Shown piece after piece: positions 1-13,384 of a stretch of 64,000 nucleotides of DNA (positions within the stretch are counted from its first letter, which is position 1; every line of letters begins with the position of its first letter). The notes beneath the pieces are model-generated. The model worked only from the letters and a program-made list of their open reading frames with translations. It was not told the origin of the DNA and ran no database searches. This DNA comes from Octopus sinensis (taxonomy: Eukaryota), in assembly GCF_006345805.1 (NCBI RefSeq), contig NC_043004.1, positions 81,592,001-81,656,000 on the forward strand, given 5' to 3'. The position numbers and the translations under genes are program-made.

Positions 1-1365
1 CATAAAAACATCCAGCACACTTTGTAAAGTGGTTGGCATCAGGAAAGACATCCATGCCAAAACAGACAACTGGAGACTGGTGCAGTTCTCTGGCTTGCGA
101 ACTCCTGTTAAACAGCCCAACCCATGCCAGCAAGGAAAATGGATGTTAAACGATGATAATGATGACAATGATTCCAGTCCATGGTTATTCAGACAATTAA
201 CAATTCCAGGGCAGATGATACATGTTCAGTTATGATGCACCTCTGTCAGTCTACAAGAGATCCCTCTACACTACACATACTCAACTCGGCTTCCATCAAC
301 TATTCAACCAAGGAGGTCTTTGCCCTCATTATTTCTCAATAACAAACAAGGCAAATTCTCAGATGCTGTGAGGTGTCATTTGACTTTGTATTAACTAGTA
401 ACTTAAGCTCTGTTCACTTTTAGCTCTCTCTGACCCAGGCCCCTTTGTCTATGTTTACCCTCCATTGAGTTCATTATCAAAAAAATAAATAGTTGCATAC
501 ACAAGAGCAATGATTGTAGGCAAACTAAAAGACAGAATTCCCCCCCAAAATTCAAGAGAATAACAATAAAAGGCCTAGCTCTCAACCACCATATTTGTTC
601 ACCTGAATCACTACTTTCCTCATTATTTTCACCTGCTCCATAGTCCAAATACTCTCATTGTCCGTGTAAGAACAAATTCTTCTGTGACCCAACTTTTTGT
701 CAGTCACTTCGTCCATGGCTTTTGGTCCATCTTTTTGTCTGATGATTTTTTTTGTCCAATTTTAGAGATTACATTTAGGCTATTCCTGCTAGCACAATAG
801 GGTTAACCGTTTTCAACCTTAACCTGTTCTTTTGAGTTTCAGAAAGACTTCTTCAGTTCTTCAAAAGATTCTGCAATGGGTAGTCACTAGCACTGATGAA
901 CTTTAGTTTAGTGTATATAGTGCTTGAGTACATCACAGCTTGCTGGAAAACGGATAAAAAAGGGGACAGAATGTGAGTGTGTGCATGTTTGTCTCCCTGT
1001 CTTGAGACTGTGTGATTGCTGGAAATGAATTTCATTTATTTGCAATATTCTGTGAAAAGATGTTTGGCCATGGGGAGATATTGCTTTGCTTGGAAACAGG
1101 TGAGGGTTATTGACAGGAACAGCATCCAGCCATAAAACAAAATCTGTTTCAACAAACTCCATCTGACCCATGCAAGCATGGATAAGTGAACATTAAATAA
1201 TGATGACAATGAGTATTATTATCAATAACAGTAAATTCAAATAATGTTGGCTTTGGTTTCCTACCTTTAATGCAAAAGAGTTGTAGTGAAGAGAGCAGAT
1301 GTACAGTTGCTGAGAGAGAGAGAGAGGGAGAAGGAAGTGGAAGGTGAAAAAAGAAAAAAACTTAC

Positions 1366-1439
1366 TGTATAGGTGATGATAGCCAACATTCCCAACAGAC
1401 TTAAACTACTGATTAAAAAGGAGAGAGCATCTTCTCCAC
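1366..1439 (-). CDS. LMBRD1: LMBRD1 coding exon 7 (RGEDALSFLISSLSLLGMLAIITYT); gene continues left of the window
   Basis: tttcag acceptor, gtaagt donor, 74 nt, phase 1/0; matches human ALSFSISSLTLIGMLAAITYT. Confidence 0.93.
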
Positions 1440-3546
1440 CTGAAATGAAAGAATAAAACAAAAAAAAAATGAAGCAGAAAGGGAGGAAAGGCGCATGTAT
1501 GTATATATATATATATATCTATATCTTTTAAATTTGTTTAGGTAATGTTAGGGGTAGGCAAATAAGGCCCCTATTTCATTATGTTGACTACCGTTTAATA
1601 ATGCTGACTTGTACACCAGACACATGCATCACAATATTGCAATATTCTGTGAAAAGATGTCTGGCCATGGGGAGATACTGCTTTGCTTGGAAACAGCACA
1701 CCAGACACATGCATCACAAGCACATGTGTGCGTTACAGTGATCTCATATCAAGATAAACAGTGCATGACCTTGCAGGTGGGGCTCAGAATTTTCTTCAGG
1801 TCAAGTAGCCCATCCCGCTCAAAAGGTCTGTGGATAATGGTTGTTTAAGGATGTTGAACAAAACACCCATGTTTCAAGAGGTGAATTAGTCAGATTTTCA
1901 GGATGCACGTTTCCACAGATCAGATGATTTTGACATCAGAGTCGGTATCCTTGGCGGTTAATACACTACAGTCCATATTATACATGGCCATCATCACTGA
2001 TCCATTTCATCAGGTGATACTGTATTACTGGATGAATTGTGGCGGGATGTATATCCCTTCTTCATAGTATGAAGGCCAATCTAGCTATGTGCTATAGCGA
2101 GATTGGCCTTCATTTGCTCAAAGTGGGACTGAACTCAAAACAATATGGCTGGGTAGCAAACCTCTTAATCATACTGCCACACCAGTGCTTAGTAGTAGTA
2201 GTAGCTGCAGCAGTAGTAGTAGTAGTAGTAGTAATAATAGTAATAATAATAATAATAATAATAATATAATAATAATAATAATAATAAAGCAGAAGAAACC
2301 CGTCAATAAATGCCCTGATGCAGTACCAGGCAGTGGCTCTCATGGCTTCTGATCTTAACTGATTGGAAATGTTATCATGTCCATTGTTTTGTCTTGGTAT
2401 AAAAGATGGGCTACAGCAAATATTCTGTTCAATACCACAGATTTGCTTGTCAGTTGCTTGACCTTAACCAGTCGAGCATGTCCCTTAGTGGCTGACAATA
2501 TGTGCATCTCTGATCATGAGCAGAAGTAGTGGGGCAGCATCATAGCCGTGTGTTGAGAGGGATTCTTTGGGGTTTGAATAATTCACCTCTTGAAACATGG
2601 GTGTTTCGTTCAACATCCTTAAACAACCCTTATTCAGGGACCTTTTGAGCGGGATGGGCTACTCAACCTGAAGAAAATTCTAACTGAGCCCCCACCTGCA
2701 AGGTCATGTGCTGTTTATCTTGATATGAGATCACCATGATGTGCACATATGATTGCATATAAAATTTTGGGAGAGGAGCCCAGTCGATTAGGTGGATCCC
2801 AGTATGCAAATAGTACTTAATTTATTGACCCTGAGAGGATGAAAGGCAAAGTTGACCTTGATGGAATTTGAACTCAGAATGTAGAGACATGAAATGCCAC
2901 TAAGCATTTTGCCCGGTATGCTAATGATTCTGCCAGTTCACCACTTTGATGATGATTGATGATGATGATTGATGATAAAGATGATGACAAGGGCACTCAG
3001 AGAGTGCAAACCTCTGCCAAGGCAACACCAACGTCTTCTGAACGATTAACCAGAGATGATTTTTAAAATGCAAGTAACTGAAATAAACTCGACTGCTCTC
3101 ACAAATGAGAATACTAAAAATGAGCCAGTCCATTCTCAAAAATTAAGTAAAAAAACAGGAAAAATAATCTAGAATCCTTGTCCAGGATTGGATCGGTCTC
3201 AAAATCTAATCGGTTCCTGCCAGTCATGAGGACAAACATCCCTGGAAGTTTCATCCGGATCCATCCAGTGGTTCTTGAAATATCTTGTCCAATGACAAAC
3301 AAACAAACACAACTGGAAACACTACCTCCACCTTCACTAAGGCAGAACTGATAATTATAATTATTATTGTTGTTATTTCTCATACAAGCACAAAGCCAGA
3401 AAACTGTTGGGGAGAGTTGTTTGATTAAATCAAACCCAGTTCTTGGCTGGGAGAACGAAAAGCAAAGTTGCTACAGGCAAGAGTTGAACTCAGAACATTG
3501 GAAAAACAACCAAAAGGATTAAGAATGCAAATAAATTGATACTAAC

Positions 3547-3638
3547 GGTTATCGCCCAAGCTTTTCAAAAGGTCTTCAATTTTCTGCCAGTCAGTTGCGT
3601 TTGAAGCATTGTCTATGTCACGTTTTGGTAGGAAAGCT
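3547..3638 (-). CDS. LMBRD1: LMBRD1 coding exon 6 (AFLPKRDIDNASNATDWQKIEDLLKSLGDN)
   Basis: ttctag acceptor, gttagt donor, 92 nt, phase 2/1; matches human AFVP...NSTEWEKVKSLFEELG. Confidence 0.9.
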
Positions 3639-6188
3639 CTAGAAAAAAAAAAGAGAAGAGAAGAAATGAAAAATGAGAGAAAATGTGATGTGATTTAAAA
3701 GAGAGAAAGACCAAATGTGTGTGGAAGAGAGAAAAGTGAGGGAAAAGTGGCAGAGAGAGGGAGGGAGAGAGAGAGAGAGAGAGAGAGACCTACACACAAA
3801 TTCATTGACGTGTGAGTTTGTATTTCCTTTGTCTACATTTGAGTTCTGTGAAGGCGCATGACCTAGTAGTAAGGCTGTTGGACTCATGATTGCTACATCG
3901 TGGGTTCGATTCCCTGAATGGGCAGCATATTGTTTTCTTGAGCAAAGCACTTCATTTCACGTTGCTCCAGTCCCCCATTTCAATGGTGGGGGGGATGTTG
4001 GTTTGCTCACCAAGTCAGCAGGGTAGTGTCATTTGAAGGCTAAAACAATGTAAGAAAGCGTATTGTGACCAGCGATGTGTAACAGCATCTAATAGCCTGG
4101 TCAGTCATGTGATCACATGACATGTATGTTCATTCATTATAGTCATTGAAAGTCTGTTTTCCATGCTGGCATGGGTTGGACAGTTTGACAGGAGCTGGCA
4201 AGGCTGGAGAGCTGCACCAGGCTCCAGTTGTTTGTTTTGGGTTGGATGCCCTTCCTAACACCAACCACTTTCCAGAATGTACTGGGTGCTTTTTATGCAA
4301 CACCAGCACAACTGCTTTTTCATGAGGCACCAGCACAGGTGCTTTGTACGTGGCATCAGCTTTTTATGTGACAGCGGCAAGGGTGCTTTTTATGTGGCAC
4401 CAGCTTCAACAGGGTCACCAAGCAACTTGGAAGACATAACTCCTCAGCTGCGGGTGGGGGAGTAATTTTGAGGCAGGAGTGGCTTTGTACCAGTTGAGAG
4501 ATTAAAGGTATGGAGGAACAGAGATAGGTGTGTTGCAGTAGAGTAGATCCTTTGATAACCATGTTGGAAAAGAAAGGGGAGCAATCTTGAAAGTATGATA
4601 AGACAGATTCATTGACTGCAAACAATGGATTCATTATGGGTGTTGTTTGTTTCTAGTTCTCCGTGTAAACATGTCCAGGCTGTTTGTTCATTCGATAGGC
4701 TGGGAGATTAGGACCTTGCTTGGGAAAGAAATGGGGGTTGGTTTCACCAGAAAGGCATCTAGATGTAGAAAACTCTGGCCCAACATACTCTTGTCTGAGC
4801 CAGGTAAGCATGGAAAAGTGGATGTTAAATCTAAGATGATGATAAAATTGAGAGACTGCAGAGGTGGAACTACACTCAAATCTGATGCCAACAAAAGTAA
4901 ATAATAATAATATGTTTCTACTTTATCAACACCAAAGGAAAGAAACACAAAATTTAGTGCTAAGAGATTTGATCTGAGAATCAACATCATAGTTTAACGT
5001 CTGTTTTCCATGCTGGCATGGGTTGGACAGTTCGACTGAAAACTGGTCAGCCAGGGAGCTGCACCAAGTTCCAATCTGATTTGGCATGGTTTCTACAGCC
5101 GGATGCCCTTCCTAATGTCAACCACTCAAAGAGGGTAGAGGGTACATTTTACACACCAGTTATGAAACACTAGCATTGGCCACGACTATGATCACATTTG
5201 GCTTGAAAGGCCTTGCCAAATACAGTATATTACCAAAGGTTTCGGTCACTTGTCACTGCCTCTGTGAGACCCAAAATTCGAAGGGTACTTTTTATGTGCC
5301 ACTGGCCACAACTACAATTTCACTTGGCTTGACGGGTCTTCTCAAGCACAGAATGTAACTAAACATCACGAGGTATTTTTATTTATTTGTTTCAGGTATT
5401 TGACTGCAGCCATGCTGGAGCACCACCTTTAGTCGAGCAAATCGACCCCAGGACTTATTTTTTGTAAACCTAGTACTTATTCTATCAATCTCTCTTGCCG
5501 AACTGCTAAGTGATGGGAACGTAAACATACCAGCATCAGTTGTCAAGCAATGTTGGGGGGACAAACAGACACACACACACATATATATATATACATACAT
5601 ACAGACGACAGGCTTCCTTCAGTTTCCGTCTACCAAATCCACTCACAAGGCTTTGGTCGGCCTGAGGCTATAGTAAAAGACACTTGCCCAAGGTGCCATG
5701 CAGTGGGACTGAACTCGGAACCATGTGGTTGGTAAACAAGCTACTTACCACACAGCCACAATAACAATGACAGCAATCATAATGAAAACAACAGTAATCC
5801 TTTCTACTATAGGCACAAAGCTTGAACTTTGAAGGGGGAGGGGGTTAGTCGATTACTTTGACCCCAGGGCTCAACTGGTTCTTATTTCACCAAGCCCAAA
5901 AGGATGAAAGGCAAAGTCAACCTCAGAGGGATTTGAACTCAGAACGTAATAACAGACGAAATGCTGCTAAGAATCTTGTCCAGTGTGCTAATAATACTAT
6001 TGCCTTAATAATAATAATAATAATGATAATAATTTATTCTTTTATTGGCCACAAGGGCTAATATAAATATACATAAAAGGACATGCAACAACATAAAAGA
6101 TAACACAAGACGATACAAAAGGTTTTCTGCGTATAAACAACAATAATAATAATAATAATAAAGATAATATTAATAGAAAACTCCTTAC

Positions 6189-6256
6189 CCCAAGATGAGT
6201 AGCACAGCAGCAATTAAAACGAATACAAAAGTATATTTGAATGCTCCACAGCATCT
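6189..6256 (-). CDS. LMBRD1: LMBRD1 coding exon 5 (RCCGAFKYTFVFVLIAAVLLILG)
   Basis: tttcag acceptor, gtaagg donor, 68 nt, phase 0/2; matches human ALKYTLGFVVICALLLLVG. Confidence 0.92.
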
Positions 6257-7325
6257 CTGAAAAATAGAAGAGAAAGACAAAGAATTACCTCCCCTGTTCT
6301 GTCATGTAAACCACTGACAAATTAGGAACCAGCTGTTGACTAGCCCAAGAAATGAAGATATATGACAAAAAAAAATAACGGTACTCCAGACATGACCACC
6401 CAGTCTTACTCATCCCTCTCTCTTCTCTTTCAAGATCGGTCTTGCTCAAGAATCATGTGAACCGTTTAATAAGAACATATTTCTTGAAACATGACAATTT
6501 TCATTGCCCTTCTGCCACATAATTACTGGCACAAGCCCACTGTCACTGTCCAAAAATTAGATTTCTTTACTGTTCCTTTATTGTACCTTCTTATAAGGGG
6601 TCTACTACCATAGCTGTTCTTTGAAAAAAAAAACAAAAAAAAAACAGCAAACTCAATGTAGGAATGGTGATCCTTTCTCCCTTAGTCAAATTTGAAACCA
6701 ACCACTAGCAGAGCTCTCCAGCCTTGCCGGCTCCTGTCAAACCGTCCAACCCATGCCAGCATGGAAAAGTGGATGTCAGAAGATAAAGCACCTGGTACCA
6801 CATAAAAAGCATCTGGTACACTCTGTAAATTGGTTGGTATTAGAAAGAACATACAGCCATAGAAACGATGCCAAAATAGACAATTGGAACTTGGTGCAGC
6901 TCTCCAGGCATGCCAGCTCCTGTCAAACCGTCCAACCCATGCCAGCATGGGAAACAGACATATGATGATGATGATAACATATGAATTTATAATACTAAAA
7001 AGTCATCAATTTTCTCAGCACAGATGTGCCTTCATGGGTTCTTTCATTCTTACAATGCCCTCTTTCATACTACAAAGATTCCTTACATTTTGTCTACACA
7101 ATGGTTCAACCTACTAGAAATAGCAGTTGCATTCCCTCAAATCACACTTTACCTTGTTAAAAAAGGGAAAGGCACACTGGCCGAAGTGTTGCTAGATATA
7201 CGTAAACGAGGAATGGCCATGGGCTAAAATACCTACAATCATTTCTAGATCTGTATCAGTATCAAACCAGAGCTAAACAACAACATGTCAGAATTAGTAG
7301 GAGGAGGGAAAACTTTGGTACTCAC

Positions 7326-7426
7326 AGTCGCCACAGTTGGTTGTTCAATATCATCTTTTTCCTCAAAGAAAAAATACATGAATGGCAAGAAGAGGAAGAA
7401 GAGGAAGGTCAGAAGTCCATACATAA
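7326..7426 (-). CDS. LMBRD1: LMBRD1 coding exon 4 (VMYGLLTFLFFLFLPFMYFFFEEKDDIEQPTVAT)
   Basis: ttgcag acceptor, gtgagt donor, 101 nt, phase 1/0; PFxYFxxEEKDD motif. Confidence 0.92.
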
Positions 7427-8542
7427 CTGCAAAATGAAAAAAAAAAAAAAAAAATATGGTGGAAAAATTTCAGACATTTCTTGGTTGTTTTTGTTGAAGT
7501 TAAACTGCTAAGACTATTTTAATGCTGGTGCTAAACATTTGGCCAATTGTCTTCAAATGATTGCAGAAACAAAAGATTTAAAGAGTTAATTTGTAATTTG
7601 AGTCATGATGGCTATTTCTTGTTGCAAACACGGAACCAAGGTAGGATACTTTGCTACATGGGGTATTAGCAGAATAAGCTATACTTTTGGTGCTAATTAG
7701 CTGACAAATTATTTTGTGGTAATGAAATAGTACCTCCCCCTCTCCCAGCTAAGGGACCTCTATCTTGCAAGTTGCTTGGTGACCCTATTGGTACTGGTGC
7801 CTCAAAAAAATGCACCAATGCTGGTGCCACATAAAGAAGCACTCAATACACGCCGTAAAGTGGTTGGCATGAGGAAGCACATCCAGCTGTAGAAGCCACG
7901 CCACAGCAGACAATGGCACCTGGTACAGCTTTCTGGTCTGCCAACTCCTGTAAAACTGTCCAACAAATGCTGGTATGGAAGACAGAGAATAAATGATGAT
8001 GACTGACATTAGCCAATCCACTGACAAGGTTTCGGTTAGCCTGGAGCCAGAGACTTGCCCAAGGTGCCACATGGTGGGACTGAACTTGAAATGTTGTGAA
8101 CTTCTTAAGCACCCATGTCATGAAATCATTATCTTTATCTTGAGACTCTGCTCCACACACCCAATGCACCACATAATGATGTTAAACTGAGTGCCTAATA
8201 AATTCTACCCTGCTGCTTTCTCTCCACACATGCCCATGGCTTGTACAGTTTCAAGGATCATCTTTACATACATTATCGTCATCATCACATGTCCATTTCT
8301 CCATGTCTGCATGAATCAGACAGTATTCACTGAGGCAGATTTTCTCTGGCCAAATGCCCTTCCTATTGCCAACCTATTTGTTTGCAACATAAATTATTAT
8401 GAAACGTTGGAAGGTTATGACTTAGATTGCTTTAAAACAGGAGGTTTGTATCACAGAACAAGGGACTGTTTCAGGTTGGTTGGTATCAAAAGGGTTTAAA
8501 ATCTAAGACAAAATAAACAGAATATAATGGTGGTTCACTTAC

Positions 8543-8606
8543 CATAATAACTGATCAGAACAGAGTTCATAACATGGTCTCTGGCAGAGGAATTGTTGGC
8601 CCACTC
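8543..8606 (-). CDS. LMBRD1: LMBRD1 coding exon 3 (EWANNSSARDHVMNSVLISYY)
   Basis: ttttag acceptor, gtaagt donor, 64 nt, phase 0/1; aligns to human DWANANVSRQIEDTVLYGYY. Confidence 0.88.
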
Positions 8607-8684
8607 CTAAAATTAATTAAACAATTAAATAAATACATATATATACATCCATATATTTACATATAGATATATTTCAATACACAC

Positions 8685-8858
8685 AGACACACACACATAC
8701 ATATATATAATATATATATATACACACATACATACATATAAATATATACACACACATACATACATATATATACATACATACATACATATATATACATACA
8801 TACATATATATACATACATACATACATACATATATATACATACATACATACATATATA

Positions 8859-8916
<58 letters not shown>

Positions 8917-9350
8917 CATATACATACATACATATATATATATATATACATACATATATATATATATATACACACATATATATATATATATACACACATA
9001 TATATACACACATATATATATATATATATACACACATATATATACACACATATATATACACACATATATATATACACACATATATATATACACACATATA
9101 TATATATACACACATATATATACACACATATATATATACACATATATATATACACACATATATATATATACACACATATATATATACACACACATATATA
9201 TACACACACATATATATATATATACACACATATATATATATATATACACATATATATACACACATACATATATATACACACATACATATATATATACACA
9301 CATACATATATATACACACATACATATATATACACATACACACATACATA
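8685..9350. repeat. Compound (TA)/(CA)/(TACA) microsatellite
   Basis: Direct inspection; begins ~80 bp from the LMBRD1 exon 3 acceptor. Confidence 0.95.
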
Positions 9351-10470
9351 TATCCACATGTACATACATACATACATATATCCACACGTACATACATACA
9401 TACATATATCCACACGTACATACATACATACATCCACACGTACATACATACATACATATATCCACACGTACATACAACATACATATATCCACACGTACAT
9501 ACATCATACATATATCCACACGTACATACATACATACATATATCCACACGTATACATACATATATCCACACGTACATACATACATACATATATCCACACG
9601 TACTACATACATACATAATCCACACGTACATACATACATACATATATCCACACGTACATACATACATACATATATCCACACGTACATACATACATACATA
9701 TATCCACACGTACATACATACATACATATATCCACACGTACATACATACATACATATATCCACACGTACATACATACATACATATATCCACACGTACATA
9801 CATACATACATATATCCACACGTACATACATACATACATATATCCACACGTACATACATACATACATATATCCACACACTACATACATCATACATATATC
9901 CACACGTACATACATACATACATATATCCACACGTACTACATACATACATATATCCACACGTACATACATACATACATCCACACGTACATACATACATAC
10001 ATATATCCACACGTACATACATACATACAATATCCACACGTACATACATACATACATATATCCACACGTACATACATACATACATATATCCACACTACAT
10101 ACATACATATATCCACACGTACATACATACATACATATATCCACACGTACTACATACATACATAATCCACACGTACATACATACATACATATCCACACGT
10201 ACATACATACATACATATATCCACAGTACATACATACATACATATATCCACACGTACATACATACATACATATATCCACACGTACATACATACTACATAT
10301 ATCCACACGTACATACATACATACATATATCCACACGTACATACATACATACATAATCCACACGTACATACAACATACATATATCCACACGTACATACAT
10401 ACATACATATATCCACACGTACATACATACATACATATATCCACACGTACATACATACATACATATATCC
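9350..10470. repeat. 28-bp minisatellite TCCACACG(TACA)4TATA, about 40 units
   Basis: Period 28 (e.g. tatccacacg at 9701 and 9729). Confidence 0.92.
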
Positions 10471-10889
10471 ACACACACACTCATATTCATACTCGCATAC
10501 ACCTGAAGCAGACCCTTGAAGTAGAAGGTGCGTGCCATTGATAAGATCCGTGAATAGCAACAAAAGGACTGATAAACCAAACTGATTAATTAAATAAGCG
10601 AAGGATCAATCAAATAATTGATTGGTTAATTGGTTAAATAATCTGTTGTAGGCAAAAGGCCAGAAATTTGAAGAGAGAGGGGTAGTTGACCACACCAACC
10701 CTAGTGCATTTCATTGACACTGGAAAGATGAAAAGCAAAGTGAACCTCAGTAGAGATTGAACTCAAAACATAAAGACAGACATGCTAAGGATTCTGCCAG
10801 CTCACCATGTTTGACAAATAAATAATGAAGAAGTGAAAGAGAACCAGTGCGTGAGCTTTTATTACTGGTATCATGACCCTCCCAATATA

Positions 10890-12412
10890 TTGGGTCATCC
10901 CATAAATAATGCAGTCTTTTTCAATAACATAAACTAAAAGTTGGAGGGAGATGGGATAAACTACCTGCATCAACTTGCTATAAAAGCAGGTAGTAATTTT
11001 ACCTTTTCCTTATTCTTAGTGCAAGTTTTGAAGAGTGCAGTTCGATTTTAGCAGTTACTTTTTCAAAGCTATAATGGAGGTGACAAAGGAGCATATTCGG
11101 CATATTTTGCTTTATGAGTTCAAGAAAGGCAACAATGCAATGGAAAGTGCAAAGAATATTAATGCAGTATTTGGGGATCAGACAATAAGCATAAGTCATT
11201 GTCAATGGTGGTTGCAGAAATTCCGAGCCGGAAATGACAACTTAGAAGATGAGCCTCATTCAGGAAGATGTGTAGAGCTCAATGAGGACATCCTGCAAAC
11301 CCTGGTGGAACAAAATTCCATCATAACTGTTGAAGAACTAGCAAAGAAGCTTGGATTTGGTCATTCAATCATTCATTGAAACCTGCATGCCATTGGAAAA
11401 GTCAGCAAATTGGGTCAATGGGTTCCACACAAACTTTCTGAGTCTAATCGTGTGCAGAGAGTGAATGTGTGCTCTTCTTTGCTGTCACATCTCACAAATG
11501 AACTTCTGGAAAAGGCGGCGAGCTGGCAGAAACGTTAGCACGCCGGGTGAAATGCGTAGCCGTATTTCGCCTGTCGTTACGTTCTGAGTTCAAATTCCAC
11601 CGAGGTCGACTTTGCCTTTCATCCTTCCGGGGTCGATTAAATAAGTACCACTTACGCACTGGGGTCGATGTAATCGACTTAATCCGTTTGTCTGTCCTTG
11701 TTTGTCCCCTCTATGTTTAGCCCCTTGTGGGCAATAAAGAAATAAAATGAACTTCTGGACTGAATAGTGACAGGTAACAAGAAATGGGTATTCTATAAAA
11801 ATGTCAAGTGCCAAAGACAGTGGGTAGGGAAAGGTGAAACACCGGCAGCCCAGGCTAAAGAAGGTCTTCACCCACATAAGGTGTTGTTATCTGTTTGGTG
11901 GGATATGAAAAGTTTAGCCCAATTTGAACTTTTAAACCCAAACCAAACGATAACGAAGGAGATCTACTGCAGCAGCTTGAGCAGTTTAAGTCAGCACTAG
12001 AAGAAAAACAACCATTTCAAGATAAAAGGCATTCTTCCATCAGGATAATGCTCAACCACATACAGTGAGGATGACATTCTAAAGGCTGGAGCAGTTTGAA
12101 TGGGAAACGATGCCTCACCCACCATATTCGCCAGACATTGCCCCATTCGATTATCATTTATTCCACAGTCTTCAAAATCATTTGGATGGAAAAAATATGA
12201 ATTCTATATACAAAGTTGGAACAGTATTGAAGGAGTATTTTTTTGTCATGGACAAGTGAATTTTAGAAGAGGGGCCTTACAATTCTTCCAAACAGATAGA
12301 AGAGAAAATGAAGGAGAGCACATTTTAGATTAAAAAAGAACTTTGTTTATCTTAATTTTGAAAAATAAAAGAAGTATTAAAAAAAAACCACATTATTTAT
12401 GGGAAGACCCAA
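10890..12412 (+). mobile_element. Full-length dead mariner (DD34D) transposon
   Basis: TIRs TTGGGTCATCCCATAAATAATG / CATTATTTATGGGAAGACCCAA flanked by TA; WVPHKL, HQDNAQPH and YSPDIAPFDYHLF motifs with 34 residues between Asp2 and Asp3; several stops; first catalytic Asp reads as Asn (TGNKKW); ~1.28 kb once the nested SINE is removed. Confidence 0.93.
11511..11744 (+). mobile_element. tRNA-derived SINE (family A) nested in the mariner
   Basis: A-box/B-box-like head (ggcgagctggcagaa...gagttcaaattcc); 15-bp TSD aaatgaacttctgga at 11496-11510 and 11745-11759. Confidence 0.92.
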
Positions 12413-13207
12413 TACAACAAAATATATGAATCACATTTTTCTGAAATCAAGATTTTATCATATCAAATACCCATTTGGAAATCCTCATTAATCTTCCCAC
12501 CCATTTCTCCATCCCATCTCCCATTTATAAGTTGGATGGGTGTTAATCAATTCTTCTGAGAGACCCAAAGAAGCCAATCCTAACCATTCTGTTCGAGAAA
12601 TATTCTTCAGTCTACCTCACACAACATTTGAACACCAACTTACGACAATTTTTTTCCAAGCATGCATCAGCCAACCAAACTCATCCCAATCAATAAGGTC
12701 ATCCATTTTTCTACCTTTTAATGTCTAAACTATAGAAATCAATTAAAATTAATCTATAAAAACTGTTCAAAATCTAACTGTTTATTTATTTCAATCAATG
12801 GGTTGTGACCATACTGGGGCACTGCCTTCAAGGGTTTAGTCAAACAATTTGAACCCAGAACTTATTTTATATCTGGTACATGGGCTGTTAGCTTCTTTTG
12901 CCAAACTGCTATGTTATATAGTGTATGTAAACAAACCATCACCGGTTGTCAAGCAGTGATGGGGGGGGGGGAAACACCACACACACACAAAATGGGCTTC
13001 TTTCATTTTCTGTCTACAAATTCCACACATAAGGCTTTGGTCAGCTCAGGCCTGTAACAGGATCATTACTTGCCCAAGGTGCCACACAGTAGGACTGAAC
13101 CCAAGATCACACGGTCGAGAAGCAAGTTTCTTAACCACACAGCTATGCCTGTACCTACTGAAATAAAGAAAACGGGATCGTAAGAAAATTTCTAAAATGG
13201 TTCTTAC

Positions 13208-13384
13208 CCGGAAATGTCCATCGCTGTCCTTCATGTAGGAGACAAGGAAGATGTCAACAGGGACTATGGCCGAAGTGACAAGAGCTGCACTCAGCCCAAC
13301 GATAGCGGCCATCGTAGAACTCCATTCACTGTCATATTTACTCATGAAATGACGGACGTAGAAGGTTGAAAATACAAGAATTAA
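13208..13384 (-). CDS. LMBRD1: LMBRD1 coding exon 2 (LILVFSTFYVRHFMSKYDSEWSST...VPVDIFLVSYMKDSDGHFR)
   Basis: ttgcag acceptor, gtaaga donor, 177 nt, phase 0/0; contains the PVDIFLVSYMK signature of LMBRD1. Confidence 0.95.

Noticed and set aside
403-648. 81-aa minus-strand ORF as LMBRD1 exon 8
   Set aside because: No similarity to the expected AYGMSALP segment; faint resemblance to a decayed RTE reverse transcriptase (..ELKVNRA..), too weak to annotate.
8625-10580. Long ORFs of up to 607 aa rich in M/Y/V/C/I
   Set aside because: Translations of TA/CA/TACA repeats that lack stops in some frames; no domain and no splice context.
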